From Camelus dromedarius (taxonomy: Eukaryota), in the NCBI RefSeq assembly GCF_036321535.1, contig NC_087436.1, positions 67,458,001 through 67,522,000 of the forward strand: DNA of 64,000 nucleotides. The letters run 5' to 3'. Below are positions 52,112 through 64,000 of this stretch, in pieces; positions within the stretch are counted from its first letter, which is position 1, and every line of letters starts with the position of its first letter. A model generated the notes under the pieces. It saw only the letters and a list, made by a program, of their open reading frames with translations, was not told the origin of the DNA and searched no databases. Position numbers and translations under genes: made by a program.

Positions 52112-53099
52112 GTACATATCCAGAATAAGTAAGAAAGTATGACTAGAAATATAAGTAGGTATGTATTATGTATCACATTTCAACAAAACGTAAAAGAGAA
52201 AAAAATGACTAATCAAGATAACCCTGATATGAAGAATATCAGATTTGAAAAGTATTTTAGGACTTTCTTCTGAATCCTATTTCTACCAGATAAAGTAATT
52301 TCACAGAATCATAGAAAAATCTTGTAGAGAAAATATAACTGGATGGTGGCATATATTTTGTATTTGCCCTCCACCAATCTTTTGTTACAGAAAAATTGGT
52401 TTTGCAATACTCCTTAACCAACATCTACCATAGCAATCTTAATTGACATACCACCTACCTTCTCTTATTCAGGTCGAAATCTCAATATTCCTTTGAGACC
52501 AACATAACTGCACCATTTTTATAAATTCTAATGGTTTTACACAACCTGTAGCTATTGCCTACTCCTCTCAACCATATAACCCTCAGAATATGCTGCTTTT
52601 TAATGATTTCTTCTTTTCGTGATCATTCTATGGTCCTCAAGTAGGTGTCCTTCAAAAATTAAGATTTATTGTATTTCTGGAGCTGTTAGATACCTTTCTG
52701 CATATACACTAAAAGACTTGGAAAGACTGGCAATTCAATTTTCATTGAGAGATGAAAATTTTTATTTTACTTTGTTTTTATTAAATTGTATTCCTTTGGA
52801 TTGTGGCATTCATAATTTCAGAACTATTTTTTATAGGGATATCAAATAAATGAGTTCTACCATGGAGCTTCTAAAATGGAAGCAACAAGAACTTCTAGAT
52901 GGGAGAAACAATCACGGAAGACAGAATAATGTATCCAGCTGTGAATGCAAAATAACTATATTGGCTACTACTTTAATTTCCATACTTCATTCCACTTCCA
53001 ATGTTAGTTATACAATATTAGCATTATTGTGATAAAGTTTTATTCTTTCTATTACACATATCCAGAAATAAAGTCTTAAGAATTACAAAATTAAATGAG

Positions 53100-53290
53100 T
53101 TAGTATATATTAAATATAATATATATAATTATATTATACTTAATATAATTTAATACATAATATAATTATATATAGTTATATTATAGTAGATACTAATATA
53201 ACAGATCTTATATGAATATATAATAAATATATAATACAAAATATATATGATACATAAATATAAGAATTATAAGAAATAATAATCCAATAA
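53100..53290. repeat. AT-rich low-complexity tract
   Basis: Almost purely A/T, degenerate TA/TAA repeats. Confidence 0.85.
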
Positions 53291-56200
53291 AAATAACAAA
53301 TGATGTTCTTCCATTTTTGTTTCATTTTGAATTAAGCCCTAGTTTCATTCTTCTTTGCCTTTCATCAGGATATGAATCACCCTCTTTTACTAGTTGTTAC
53401 CACTTGAGAAATCAGGAAAATACTTTTAAATCAGATTTTGGAGAGAACATTTTTCTCAGACTTTTGCATAGGATTCTGAATGAATCCATATATATCGTTT
53501 CTTTATATACAGGGACAAATTATAGAGCAGTGAGATCATTCCACTCTTATCACCCTAAGTTTTTACAATAAACCTGAAAGTCCAAATTTATGAAAGAGCA
53601 TTTTATTCATGAAACTCAAAAGCTTTAAGTCTACATGTAAAGTGGAAAGTAAGCTGAATAAACAGAGAAGGTTGAACTTTCACCCAGCCTGTCCAGTCTA
53701 CTGTTTTAAATACAGCCTTTAGTTATGGGCCTTGTTCACATAGTGGAATGTGTTTTCATTGGACATTGATTACTGTTATTGTGGGGCTAGTTTGGATCAA
53801 ATTTCACTTCTCACAACCCATTTCCTATCAGAGCTAATGGGTTTGCAGCTCATTTATAATGATCATATTGGCAGGGATTTAGCTGATGTTTTCAAATCCT
53901 CAATAGGAGAGGTTTTTCTTCTCTCCTGCGTGCCTCTCAGCTGCAGGTAAAGAATGTTACAGCTGGATGAGAGAGCTAATTAGAGCCAATTATAGCCTGA
54001 GTGACCAGCAGTGGCATTAAATGTGTGGCAAAATCTACCTTGTCCTTGCAACACACAGGTTTTGAATCTCTACAAATACCTGTCTTGGAACATTAAACAT
54101 TTTATGGAATTGCAGGTAATAAGCACTTAAATTTAATAATCAAAACAGGTATTGCCAAATGAATCTTGAAAGTAGGAATTCACTAGACATGATTTTACAC
54201 TGACTGCTGAAGGCATCTCACAATTAATAGTAAATTTCAGATACTTGATGAGAAGCGTCAAGGTTCTACAACCAATTTGGACTTAATAAATCTTGTGACC
54301 TGAATTTAATTCAACACTCATATTTTCTCATATGTGAACATTGGTTCGGCGTTTTGGAGGAACTATTTGCAGACTGTCTCCATATTGTTTTTATTTTATT
54401 CACTTTGTCCAGTGGAAGACGTACATCCTGTAGTGAGTGAAACTTTTTCAAACATCTTCATTCCTAACCATTCTAAAGGATGTAGGACTTCATCTTGCCC
54501 TTGCAAAGTAGGAAAGAGTTTGTATAGACAGAAATAGAGAAATAGAAGTGTAGAATCTCTTCATGTTTACTTTCTTTTTATAGTTGTTGTTTGACAAACA
54601 AAATAGTATGATTGAGGAATTGCATGGAAGCAGAATATTTAGCACTAAATATTGAATTAAAGTTTGGAAGAGACATTAAAGAAGTATACATTATTTTCAA
54701 AATGCAATTGTGAAAAATTATAATTTTTTTCTATCTAATCTACCTATATCACCAGCATCATCTGTCTGTCTGCCATAAATATAGCTATTTATCTCAGTAA
54801 CTATAGTACCATGTTCTAAAGTACTCAAATGCTCCAAACAATGCATAGAGGTAAATATAATGAATAATTTTTTGAAATATTTTTAAAAGAGCTAAGGATT
54901 GAAAATATCATAAATAGGAAATTTATAAAAAACATTTCATATGCTTTATGCTTGAAAGTTAAATATTGGATGTAGAAAACTATATGAGAAGTTTCCACTG
55001 CTTAATCAGTTTTTAATTTAAAACACAGAGCTTACATTTATTATAATTGTGTATATTTATAACCACCATTTTATGAAATTCACAGCTATAGTATGTAGCC
55101 ATAATTTATGAAGGAGTGATCAATAATTTCTGATACGTTGAACACAATGAAATCAATTAGCATCTAAAAACAAGGATTGTTTTTCTGGTATGCATTTCTA
55201 AACAGCTTTAAAAACTACATGATGAAAATGCACTTCATGAAATTGTTTGTCCTTACTCAAATTCAATTCCAGTTATGACCCTGAGAGATGATTAGTAAAT
55301 TCGACTTTTTAATTAGCATTTTGCATAATTCATTGAAATTATAATGCACTCATGCATTTGATTGTCAAGGTGCAGATGTGCTAATATGAAGCTATAATTT
55401 TCTCATCTAAATAACTGTTTCAGTAAAACCTTTAATTTCTTACAGTTCTATTGTTTAGGACCTATTATTGTTCATTCTTAAAAAATGAGTTCAGAAGTAG
55501 ATTTTGAAGTCAGCTTGTGTTATGGTAAATTGTTTAGAATAGTAGTAATCAAAGGAAACTAACATTATTTAAAAGGTTGTTTATTTTAGTGAAAACTACT
55601 TGATCACAGTTAAAGTACTTTTAAATGTGAAAAGTGGCTCTCTATTTCACATCAACGCAAAATTAGAGCGTGATAGAGCCAAATAGAAATTATAAAATCA
55701 AAAAATAAAGGGAGGGTTTTTTGTTTCATTGCACTGGAGTAAAACAGACACAAAAATCATAGTGTTCACTGCAAGATATTCGTGACACTGGTTCTAAACC
55801 AAAAATATGAGTATGTATTTCATATTTGGTTTCATGAGATGATCCCCAGTATTTGAAAAAATACAAAAAAAGAATCTTATTGATATCTGTTAAACAGCTT
55901 TCCAAGGTGTCTGTTTATATTGAAGTCTAGTGTTTGTTTTTATGTAAATGGCAAACTCCTATCAACTGAGCAGCTCAGCTTCAACTCTGAAAAAAATGAA
56001 GAAAAAGAGCAAAATAAGGAGTGTGGTTGCTCCAAGGAAGTGGCAGCATACACCATGTTCTTACTTAAAAATTCACTATGATTTCTTTTTCTGCACACTG
56101 GAGGGACTTTTAAAATGAAATAAATGTTTCCAAATGAGGTGAGAGAACTTGCAAGCTAGGATTCTTGGCTGTTGGTCCTATTCATAAGTGAGGTAAACTG

Positions 56201-57521
56201 CTGGGAATCAAGCACCCACACACGTGGATAGTTGCTACCTGCTTCGCCAACATAGATATTTGTGCTCTTGGTGTTGAGAAATTGGCCAGCACAACTATTA
56301 TTGCAAACATGTGTGGCAATACTGAATGAGATTTCTAGGGAATGGTGTGGTAGACAGAGTATTAGAATTTGGGGCAAATGCTTCCTTAGGACATAATATA
56401 AAAAGTACTTCCTGTATTTCCAAACTCTGCTGTGTGGAATTCTTATTATAAGGATAATAGTATGAAAAGACCTCTGTGTTGCTCCTGGCATGGTCTACAT
56501 GGGTCCCTAGTAGGTAATCCCTCACAGCAATTTTATAGCATCTGGCTCTCGGTACTCATAAAACAAAGTGAAGTATTGCATTCATGGTATTGCTGATGAG
56601 CTGAGATTGGCTCCTGTTGAGTTCCACTGCTATACTTCTAGGTAGCATTATACTGTGTCTTATGAATCTTTCATGTTAAGATTTTTTTTTGCCCTTTACT
56701 TAAAAATGTTAGTATAAAAGAATTGAAATAACAGGTTGCTTTGATAATACATAAATTAGCCTGAAATTTATGAGAATGAAGGTTCTAAAGGTCCCAGAAA
56801 TTGGCAAACATTAGGAAGTCTTTGTATTAGAAATGGAAATGTGGAATTTTACTTGCTGAAGCAAAGATGGTAGCATCCAAACAAGAAAGAAGTTGATTTA
56901 AAAAAAAAAAAGGATGTCCCACTAAGGTCTTAAGTGTAAAGTTACAATTCTAAGTTGTATGTTAAGTGGTCTTTCTATTGAATTCTTTGTGATTTTCATG
57001 CACATACTGCTTTTATCTTCATTTGGTGGTTTTTATTTTTAATAACAATATGAAAGTCATAAACCCTTAACAGTAAAATTTCAAAAGATGAAGCTCTTGG
57101 AATTTCAAATATATTTAAAGGAAGGCTTTCTGAATACTATTCAACTGATGACAGAAAGCTAACCATTTTTAAGGCTACTTAGAAATGAGGCCCAACTTCA
57201 TGGGACATCGGAGTAATCTTTTTCTAATACTAGTGCTCCAAGAAAGCTTTCAGTTAGGAAAGAGGTGATTTAATTTTAAAGGAAAGCTGGCAAAGAGGAG
57301 ACACTGAGAAGAACTTAAAACACACTTGTGGAATATTGTATTCTTGTATAAAAATCATATTCTTGTACATTTTCTTGTTTGGTAACATATTCCATGTTCT
57401 CAACTTTACCATTAACCTGAAAAGTTGGTATCATTTTGGTTGCTTTACTGTAATATTTCAAAGAAAGTTCAACTGCTTCTCAGTTAAAACCTCACTAATC
57501 TATGCACAGCTGCCAGAGAAA

Positions 57522-57524
<3 letters not shown>

Positions 57525-57572
<48 letters not shown>
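57525..57572. repeat. (AT)n microsatellite
   Basis: Direct read. Confidence 0.97.
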
Positions 57573-57576
<4 letters not shown>

Positions 57577-58465
57577 ATTAGATTCCACCGTGGGTGGATG
57601 GCTAGCCTGGGACATGAAGAAGTGAATTACGTAGCAGAATCTCAGCTGTGACGCTTTTGTGAGGTGGTGCCGAGCAAAGTGGCAATCAGATTGACTAGTG
57701 TGCAACATACCTGGATTATAAAGATAATTGTGTCAGTCCTGTTCTTAAATTTGGTTTCAGATTTTCTTAGTTAAAAGAATCAGTCGATAGCCTAACGTTA
57801 ACTCACTTCTGCACTTTGTTTTTGTTTTATCCATATTGAATTGAAATAGTTCTTTTTTTTAGCTCAATGAAGAGCAATTTAAAATGAAATACGAAGAAAG
57901 ACAAAAATGCACAAAAAAGATGCAAAGTCGTTTACAAAAAGAAATACTTATTTCATAGAGAGAACAGTGCCCAGAAGTCAATGAAGCACCTCAAAGGAAA
58001 AAAAGTATTTAGAAGTTATTCAAGAATAGTTAGAATCTCAGAAGTCTCATAGCATTGCTTACTAACCTGCTAATAGATCTAATCAATAGGTGCTCTGTTA
58101 ATCATCATCAGCATTGCCCTCATCATCAATCATAAAACAGTGTTTTTTCTACTTGAAAATAGCCGATTTAGACACTTCTGCCAGAAAATCAGATATTAGG
58201 GTGACACAGCATATGAAATACATATTGAATGTTTAAATAAAATTTGAAGAGAAAATTAGTGCATTGGAACACAGACCAGAAAATAATTCAGCATAAGAGA
58301 AATGAAAATGGAAAGCTTGAAAAAAAAATTGACACGAAAAATAAATAACTGACTGTATAATACACATCCAATTAGTCTCAGAAGGCAAGAGGATATAGTA
58401 GAGGCAACCTTTTGAGAATGACTAATAATTTTCTAGAAATATTGAAATATATGAATTGACAGTTA

Positions 58466-59458
58466 TGTTAGCGGATGGAAGGACCCCTAAATTAGGAAGC
58501 CCACCAAAGTGTGGGTCCTAGTTGCCAGCTGTGAAAGAATTCACTCAGCAGAGGCAAAGGGTCAAAGGGAACAGCAGCTTCATTTCTCAGAAGGGGAAAA
58601 AGAAGGAAGGTGCTTGATCAGGCAGAAGGAAAGAAAAGTACTCCAACAAGGAAAGGAAGCGCTTGAGTGGGGAGCCGTCAGCCAAGGTGGCAGGTAGAGA
58701 TAGTTCTGGCCTGGGCTGAGCCATGTAGAATTTTATGAGAGGCTTCTACCATTATGTCCTCCTTCCAGGTGTGGTGAGGCCAATCAGCCCTTATACTGGC
58801 TTTTCAGTCCTTGTAGGGGCTTTTCTGGCTGTTGTCATGCCAACTGTCATGGTGCTGGGGGTATGTCACTTAGCAGGCTAATGCTTTACAATGAGTGTAT
58901 AATGAGGCTCGAGGTCCACTGGAACTCATACCCTCCACCATCTTGGACTTTATCAGTTCTAACCAGTTCTTGTTTCTTCTCATTGTAACTGCCTCCTGCG
59001 ACTTAGATAAGAGTAATGGGTTTCTAGTTGAGAGAGGGGCAGGAGTATGATCCTGGGGCAATAGCCTTGGTAACAAAAAGGGAAATCGCTTTTAATCAGA
59101 ATGCCCCAATCTGGTGGACCCAGTGTTCCCCCAGAAAACCATCTCTGAACATCTGCTCAGCCATAAACAAGAGGCAGGGATTGGGGAGCCTTAGTTTCTG
59201 CAGAAGAACTTAAAGAGATTATTATGTATATTGCTTCAAGAGGAACCAGACCCTTCCCAGGGCTGCACTACAGTCTCTTGACTGTCCCTCCCTCCTTTCT
59301 GCATTCCCTCCCTTTCCTGATTAGCAACTGTTTGAATTTGCCCTTTGGAACTCAGGGAAGGTCAAGGAGGCTGAAGGAAGCCTATTTCCTACAAAAGAGA
59401 AATGAGGGACTGAAAGGATTTGTATCAGGGAGTGCTCAGAGGGTCCTGCTCCCTTTTA
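58466..59458 (-). mobile_element. ERV1-class LTR sequence with a MER41-like terminal part, inserted in an old L1ME ORF1 fragment
   Basis: Starts tgttagc. Ends ctgtttgaatttgccctttggaactcagggaagg...agggtcctgctccctttta. Flanks gtta/ggta look like a decayed 4-bp TSD, and L1 text continues across the insertion. Confidence 0.75.
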
Positions 59459-59499
59459 GGTATAGGAAGTATGTTATATACCAAGCATGATAAGGCAAA

Positions 59500-59539
59500 A
59501 ATGAATGAATGAATGAATGAATGAATGAATGAATAAGGA

Positions 59540-59631
<92 letters not shown>
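59500..59631. repeat. Compound (GAAT)n(GAAA)n microsatellite
   Basis: Direct read. Confidence 0.97.
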
Positions 59632-59639
59632 GAAAAAGG

Positions 59640-62600
59640 AAATTCATATATGTGGAATTACCAGGACATAAAGCCATTTTCAATAAATTTCTCAAAAGTT
59701 AACATCATACAAATCATGTTATCTGACTAAAGTGAAAAAGTCTTTTGCTTCCTGTGGTTTTTTGAAATGTATATATTAAATGATTACCCTTTACTACATT
59801 TAATTTTTAAAAAATAAATATTAAACTACATTTTTCCTAATAAATGTATTTATATTTTTAGACCATAACCTTAGAATAGTTCTTGCACACTGTCCATCTC
59901 AATAATTTTATCATTGTTCTGCATTTCCAAACACAATTCAGAATAATATTACTTTATATTCAACAATTAATCAAATTCATTGACAAAATGGATCAACTTC
60001 TACACTGAGCAGTGTTTCTATCCTACCCTTTCTACCATTGTTCTTGCTGAAATAAATTCTTTAGTAGTTTATTATTATTACTGAAGCCATTACACTGTAT
60101 ACTAATTATTGTACACATAAAAACGTATTTTTTGTATGCTCAATTGTAAATGAAAGCATGGCTAGATATTAAATATAGGTTACAGTCATTTATTTAACAT
60201 TTTGATGGTAATATATTTTGTCCTCCCTTCTACTATTTTTGTTGATGAAGGCTGACAGTAACTGTTCACTTGTAAAATTTGTTTTCTCCTCTGGTAGTTT
60301 TAAGATTATTTCTTTGTTATTTTGAAATTTCACTGACATATGTGTGTGTTATTTTTATTTAACTTACCCTGTACTTGGAGAGTACATTGTCTAAGTTCTC
60401 CTGTTTTTCCTTATTTTTTAAATTTCTCAGCAATGATCTCTGTAAATATGGATTCACAGTAATTCCTCTGTTCTATTAGGAACTGTAAGATTAGTATTGG
60501 GACTTTTTGATTTATCCTTGATGTTTCAAATGTTGCTTCCTATTTTTTCCTCATTGTCTTTCTGTTCTGATACAGGTGTGGTCCCTTTTCTAACTTCCAG
60601 CTTATTTTTATCTCTTTGTTCTCCTATTTATGTTTTTTTATTACACTATTTTTAAAATTTATCAGTTCAATTTTATAGATACCTTATTTTAATTTTTGAT
60701 TATTTTTGTTTCATAATATGTTCTTTTTAAAGATAGTTATGCTTAATTATGTTTCATAAATATAATCAAACATTTAAATTATATCCTGTTTTAAAATCTT
60801 TGTCAGAGCTGTTAAATGACTTTCATATGGAGTGAATTTCCATTCTGATTATAGATTATGTTGACTGTCTTGGTGTTAGATTTCTTCATGTGTTTTTTTA
60901 ATAGTTTGCAGGCTTAGATTCACAAAATTTTTTGTATGTGTTTCTTCTCTTGTTTTTTTTTTTCTCTCTCATTTACAACTTCTTTGTTAATCTGTCACCG
61001 TCTGGTTATTTTGTGATTACATACATCTGAACTCAAGGGTCACATCTTGTGTTGAACTATTGATTAAACAGCAGATCAAGTTAGCAAGTGGGTGACTTAA
61101 GTCTGTTTTTGATAGTAAAGCTACATTCTTGGCTGTTGCATATATTACCATCCATTTGAAATTGTGTCAGTCTGATAGGTTAAAAATAATAGCTCAGTAT
61201 TGTTTTATCTTATTCTGGTGAAGGTAAGCAATTTTCATACTGTTTATTATTAGCTTGCTCCTATGTTGATTTCATGTTAAGCTTGTTTGTCTCAAACATT
61301 CCTCTCTAAGCTTTTGCCTTAAGCAACAGTTACCACTACCCCTTTTGCCTTAAGCAACCATGTGTTTTAGGCCAGCCATCACCATATTGTTGCAGAAGAT
61401 TCCCAATTCCAAGGTCAACTAACACTTTCCCAATACCAACGCTAAAAAAAAATCCTGTTTTTAAATGAAGAATAATGCACAGAAATAAACAATATCAAAT
61501 GTTAAATACTGTGAACATCTACAGTAATTAAACAGTGTGATACTGGTATAGGAATAGCCAGAAAGATAAATGGAAGACAATAAAAAGTCCCATAGAGTCT
61601 ATAGACACATAATTACATACATACACATATAAACATACACACACTTACACCATAGTGGAGCATTACAAATTAGTGAGGAAAAAAGAGTATTTCCATAAAT
61701 TAAAATTAAAAATTATGATCCCTAAACCTACCTCCATTTCTGTAACAAAATATATTTCATATATATTTTTTAAATTCCATGTAAAAATCTTACAATAAAT
61801 AGGAAAACTATATTTGTAAATATACATATAAACAGGGTGAGGAAGTCTTTTTTAGTAACACTCAAGAAACCCATAATAAAAGCTATTAAAAGGTTTAAAT
61901 AAATGAAAACAAAATATCACTGGTCATCAAAATTCACTGTTGTTTCTATTTAAATGGCATCTGGCAAACATTCTTATTTCAGTCTCTTCCAATTTTATGG
62001 AACAATTAGTCATAAATTTTTAGAAATGGAAAACTATACATCAGAAAAATTAATTTTTTTTATTGTGGGAAACCCGCAAATAGCTAGAAATAGTCTTAGA
62101 AATGGTAATATTCTACACTGAGCCTGTCAGGTAAATGATTAGTTTAAGTAAATATGTACACAAATACATAAATTAATATATAAATGCAAATATATGTAAA
62201 TATACAGTGTACATAAATATATAAACAATAAGAGATTTCATATACCTCTATTAGCATCGCTGAAGAAATAACAAAATTTATATATAATTTATGTTTTACA
62301 CAAATATATAAAACAAATATATAATACATGTGAGCTGTTCAAACCTTTATTCCTAAAACTATTAAATGTCACATCACTAAAACTGTGAAAGTTTATTCAG
62401 TGACATAAAAGAAATTTTGACTAAATGCAGTGATTTTTTTCCATGCTTCTAATGGAAAAATACACAATTAAAAATCATTTCTCCTCAAATTATTGTATAC
62501 ATTTAATGTAACTGAAATCCATTCTTTTGTTGTTGTTACTCTTGTTGAGCAGTCAAAACAAATATTCTGGTTTATTTGAAACAATATAAACAAGAATGGC

Positions 62601-64000
62601 TATGATAAATTCCTTACAAGGGATAATTCATTGAATATTTATGTGTTAGTTAAGCAGTTAAATGTCTCTAAATATGACACAAATGGTACAAAACACAAAA
62701 GAGAGTAATTATAGATATGACCATGCAAATAATAAAAACTTCTGTATGTAAAAATTACCATGAACAAAATAAAATTGGTTTTCCACAATAAGGTGAGAAT
62801 GTAATAGAATTGTTATGCTATTTTTAGATTTCATATTAACAACTTGTTTGAAGGTAACTGTTATGGGGAATTAGCCATTTTCCTGCATTGCTGGCCATAG
62901 GCAAATTGGTATCAGCTGTTGGAGAATTTGCTAATACTGATATGGTACTCAGCAATTTCATTGTCAGGAATTTATCCTAAACAATTTGAAAAAAAAAAAC
63001 AAATATATGCAAAGTTTGAGATAATTTTACCCTCTTATTATCATTTAAAAATTAAAGTAAAAAGAATATTTATAAAATAAGAAAGTTTTAATAATAATAT
63101 AAAACCATTATTATCATGTTGACAATTTTTCATAGTATTGTTTAATGATACCTCCAGTTTTCAGGATATGTAATGAATAATATGATCCCATTTTTGTTTT
63201 TTGAAAAAATATTTCATAATAGAAAATACAAAACTACTGCAAAATGTTTAAAGGTAGTCATTTTTGGAGAAGGGATTACAAGTGTTTTTCTTTGTTTAAT
63301 AAATTGTAATTATTTTCTTAATAATTTTTATTTGAAATATAATATTGAAACTGGAAAGTTCATAAATCATAAGAATATATTTAGATAAATTTTCACAATT
63401 AGTAACCTCATACAAAACCAGTAAACAAAGTCAGGTAACAACATTATTAGCAGCACAGAAGCCAGGATTGTGCTGTCTTCCAGTCTAGTCTTTGCATTGT
63501 TCAAAGCAAAGGAGCATCCTCAATCCTGACTTCTAATACCAGAAATTAATACTGTGTGTTATTGACCTTGATACAAATTTAAAAAAAGAGTAATGAATTT
63601 ATTTTTCTGTTCTTTTTCAATGTTGTATTTTTAGATTCCTACATGTTGTGGTTTCATTTGTTGTCCCTTCATTCTCAGTGCTCCCTAGTGTTCAATGCAC
63701 AATATAATGAGAAATATTCATCCATTCTACAATTAATTAACATTTGGACTGAATTCCCTTTGAGGCTATTATGAATGACACTGAAATGAAGTGTCTTGTA
63801 AATGAATTTTGTCAAATATGTGCATATATATTCTATTTTAAATTTATACTTGTATGCATGCACATAAATACAATCATTGCTGTATATTTATATATATTCA
63901 TATTCATACATATACACATACTTATGCAATTCTAGGAATAAGGCTTCCAGGACAAAAGTATGTATGTATTCAACTTTATTAAACAAAATCAAGTCACTTT
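59640..64000. mobile_element. Patchwork of very old L1ME/HAL1-like fragments on both strands
   Basis: e.g. aaacagtgtgatactggtataggaatag (61530, +), ctcagcaatttcattgtcaggaatttatccta (62950, +), tttgaggctattatgaat (63760, -). Confidence 0.5.

Noticed and set aside
56156..56525. 111-aa and 75-aa minus-strand ORFs in unique DNA
   Set aside because: No recognisable domain or exon structure.
59474..59695. ORF with FLSF repeats, and the IY-repeat ORFs at 57336-57708
   Set aside because: These are translations of microsatellites.
1..64000. Prokaryotic-type systems (CRISPR arrays, operons, defence islands), tRNA or rRNA genes
   Set aside because: The sequence is clearly mammalian. I saw no spacer-repeat arrays or structured RNA genes.

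Overview
AT-rich mammalian genomic DNA with no recognisable host protein-coding exon, RNA gene or CRISPR array. It is mostly transposable-element sequence. The L1 3' and 5' ends resemble cetartiodactyl L1s, and I see no Bov-tA, BovB or PRE-1 SINEs, which suggests a camelid (inference). The centrepiece is a full-length ~7.1 kb young LINE-1 on the minus strand (~14395-21489) inserted in an MLT1 LTR. It has an intact ORF1, and its ORF2 is broken by three lesions. A second, independently inserted 5'-truncated copy of the same subfamily (31331-32912, own TSD) carries the same in-frame TAG in ORF2 upstream of the CCHC-containing C-terminal domain, and the same short in-frame deletions. This suggests the source element was mobilised with a split or stopped ORF2. 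Other notable structures are an older L1 (25400-29172) with two large internal deletions and a probable 3' transduction, a long antisense ORF across the young L1 5'UTR, a twin-priming-like L1 inversion near 0.9 kb, and a composite ERV1/MER41-like LTR. A TE-poor island (~51-58 kb) holds enhancer-like motif clusters and a possible microexon. Subfamily names for old repeats come from recalled consensus resemblance, not a database search, and their boundaries are approximate.
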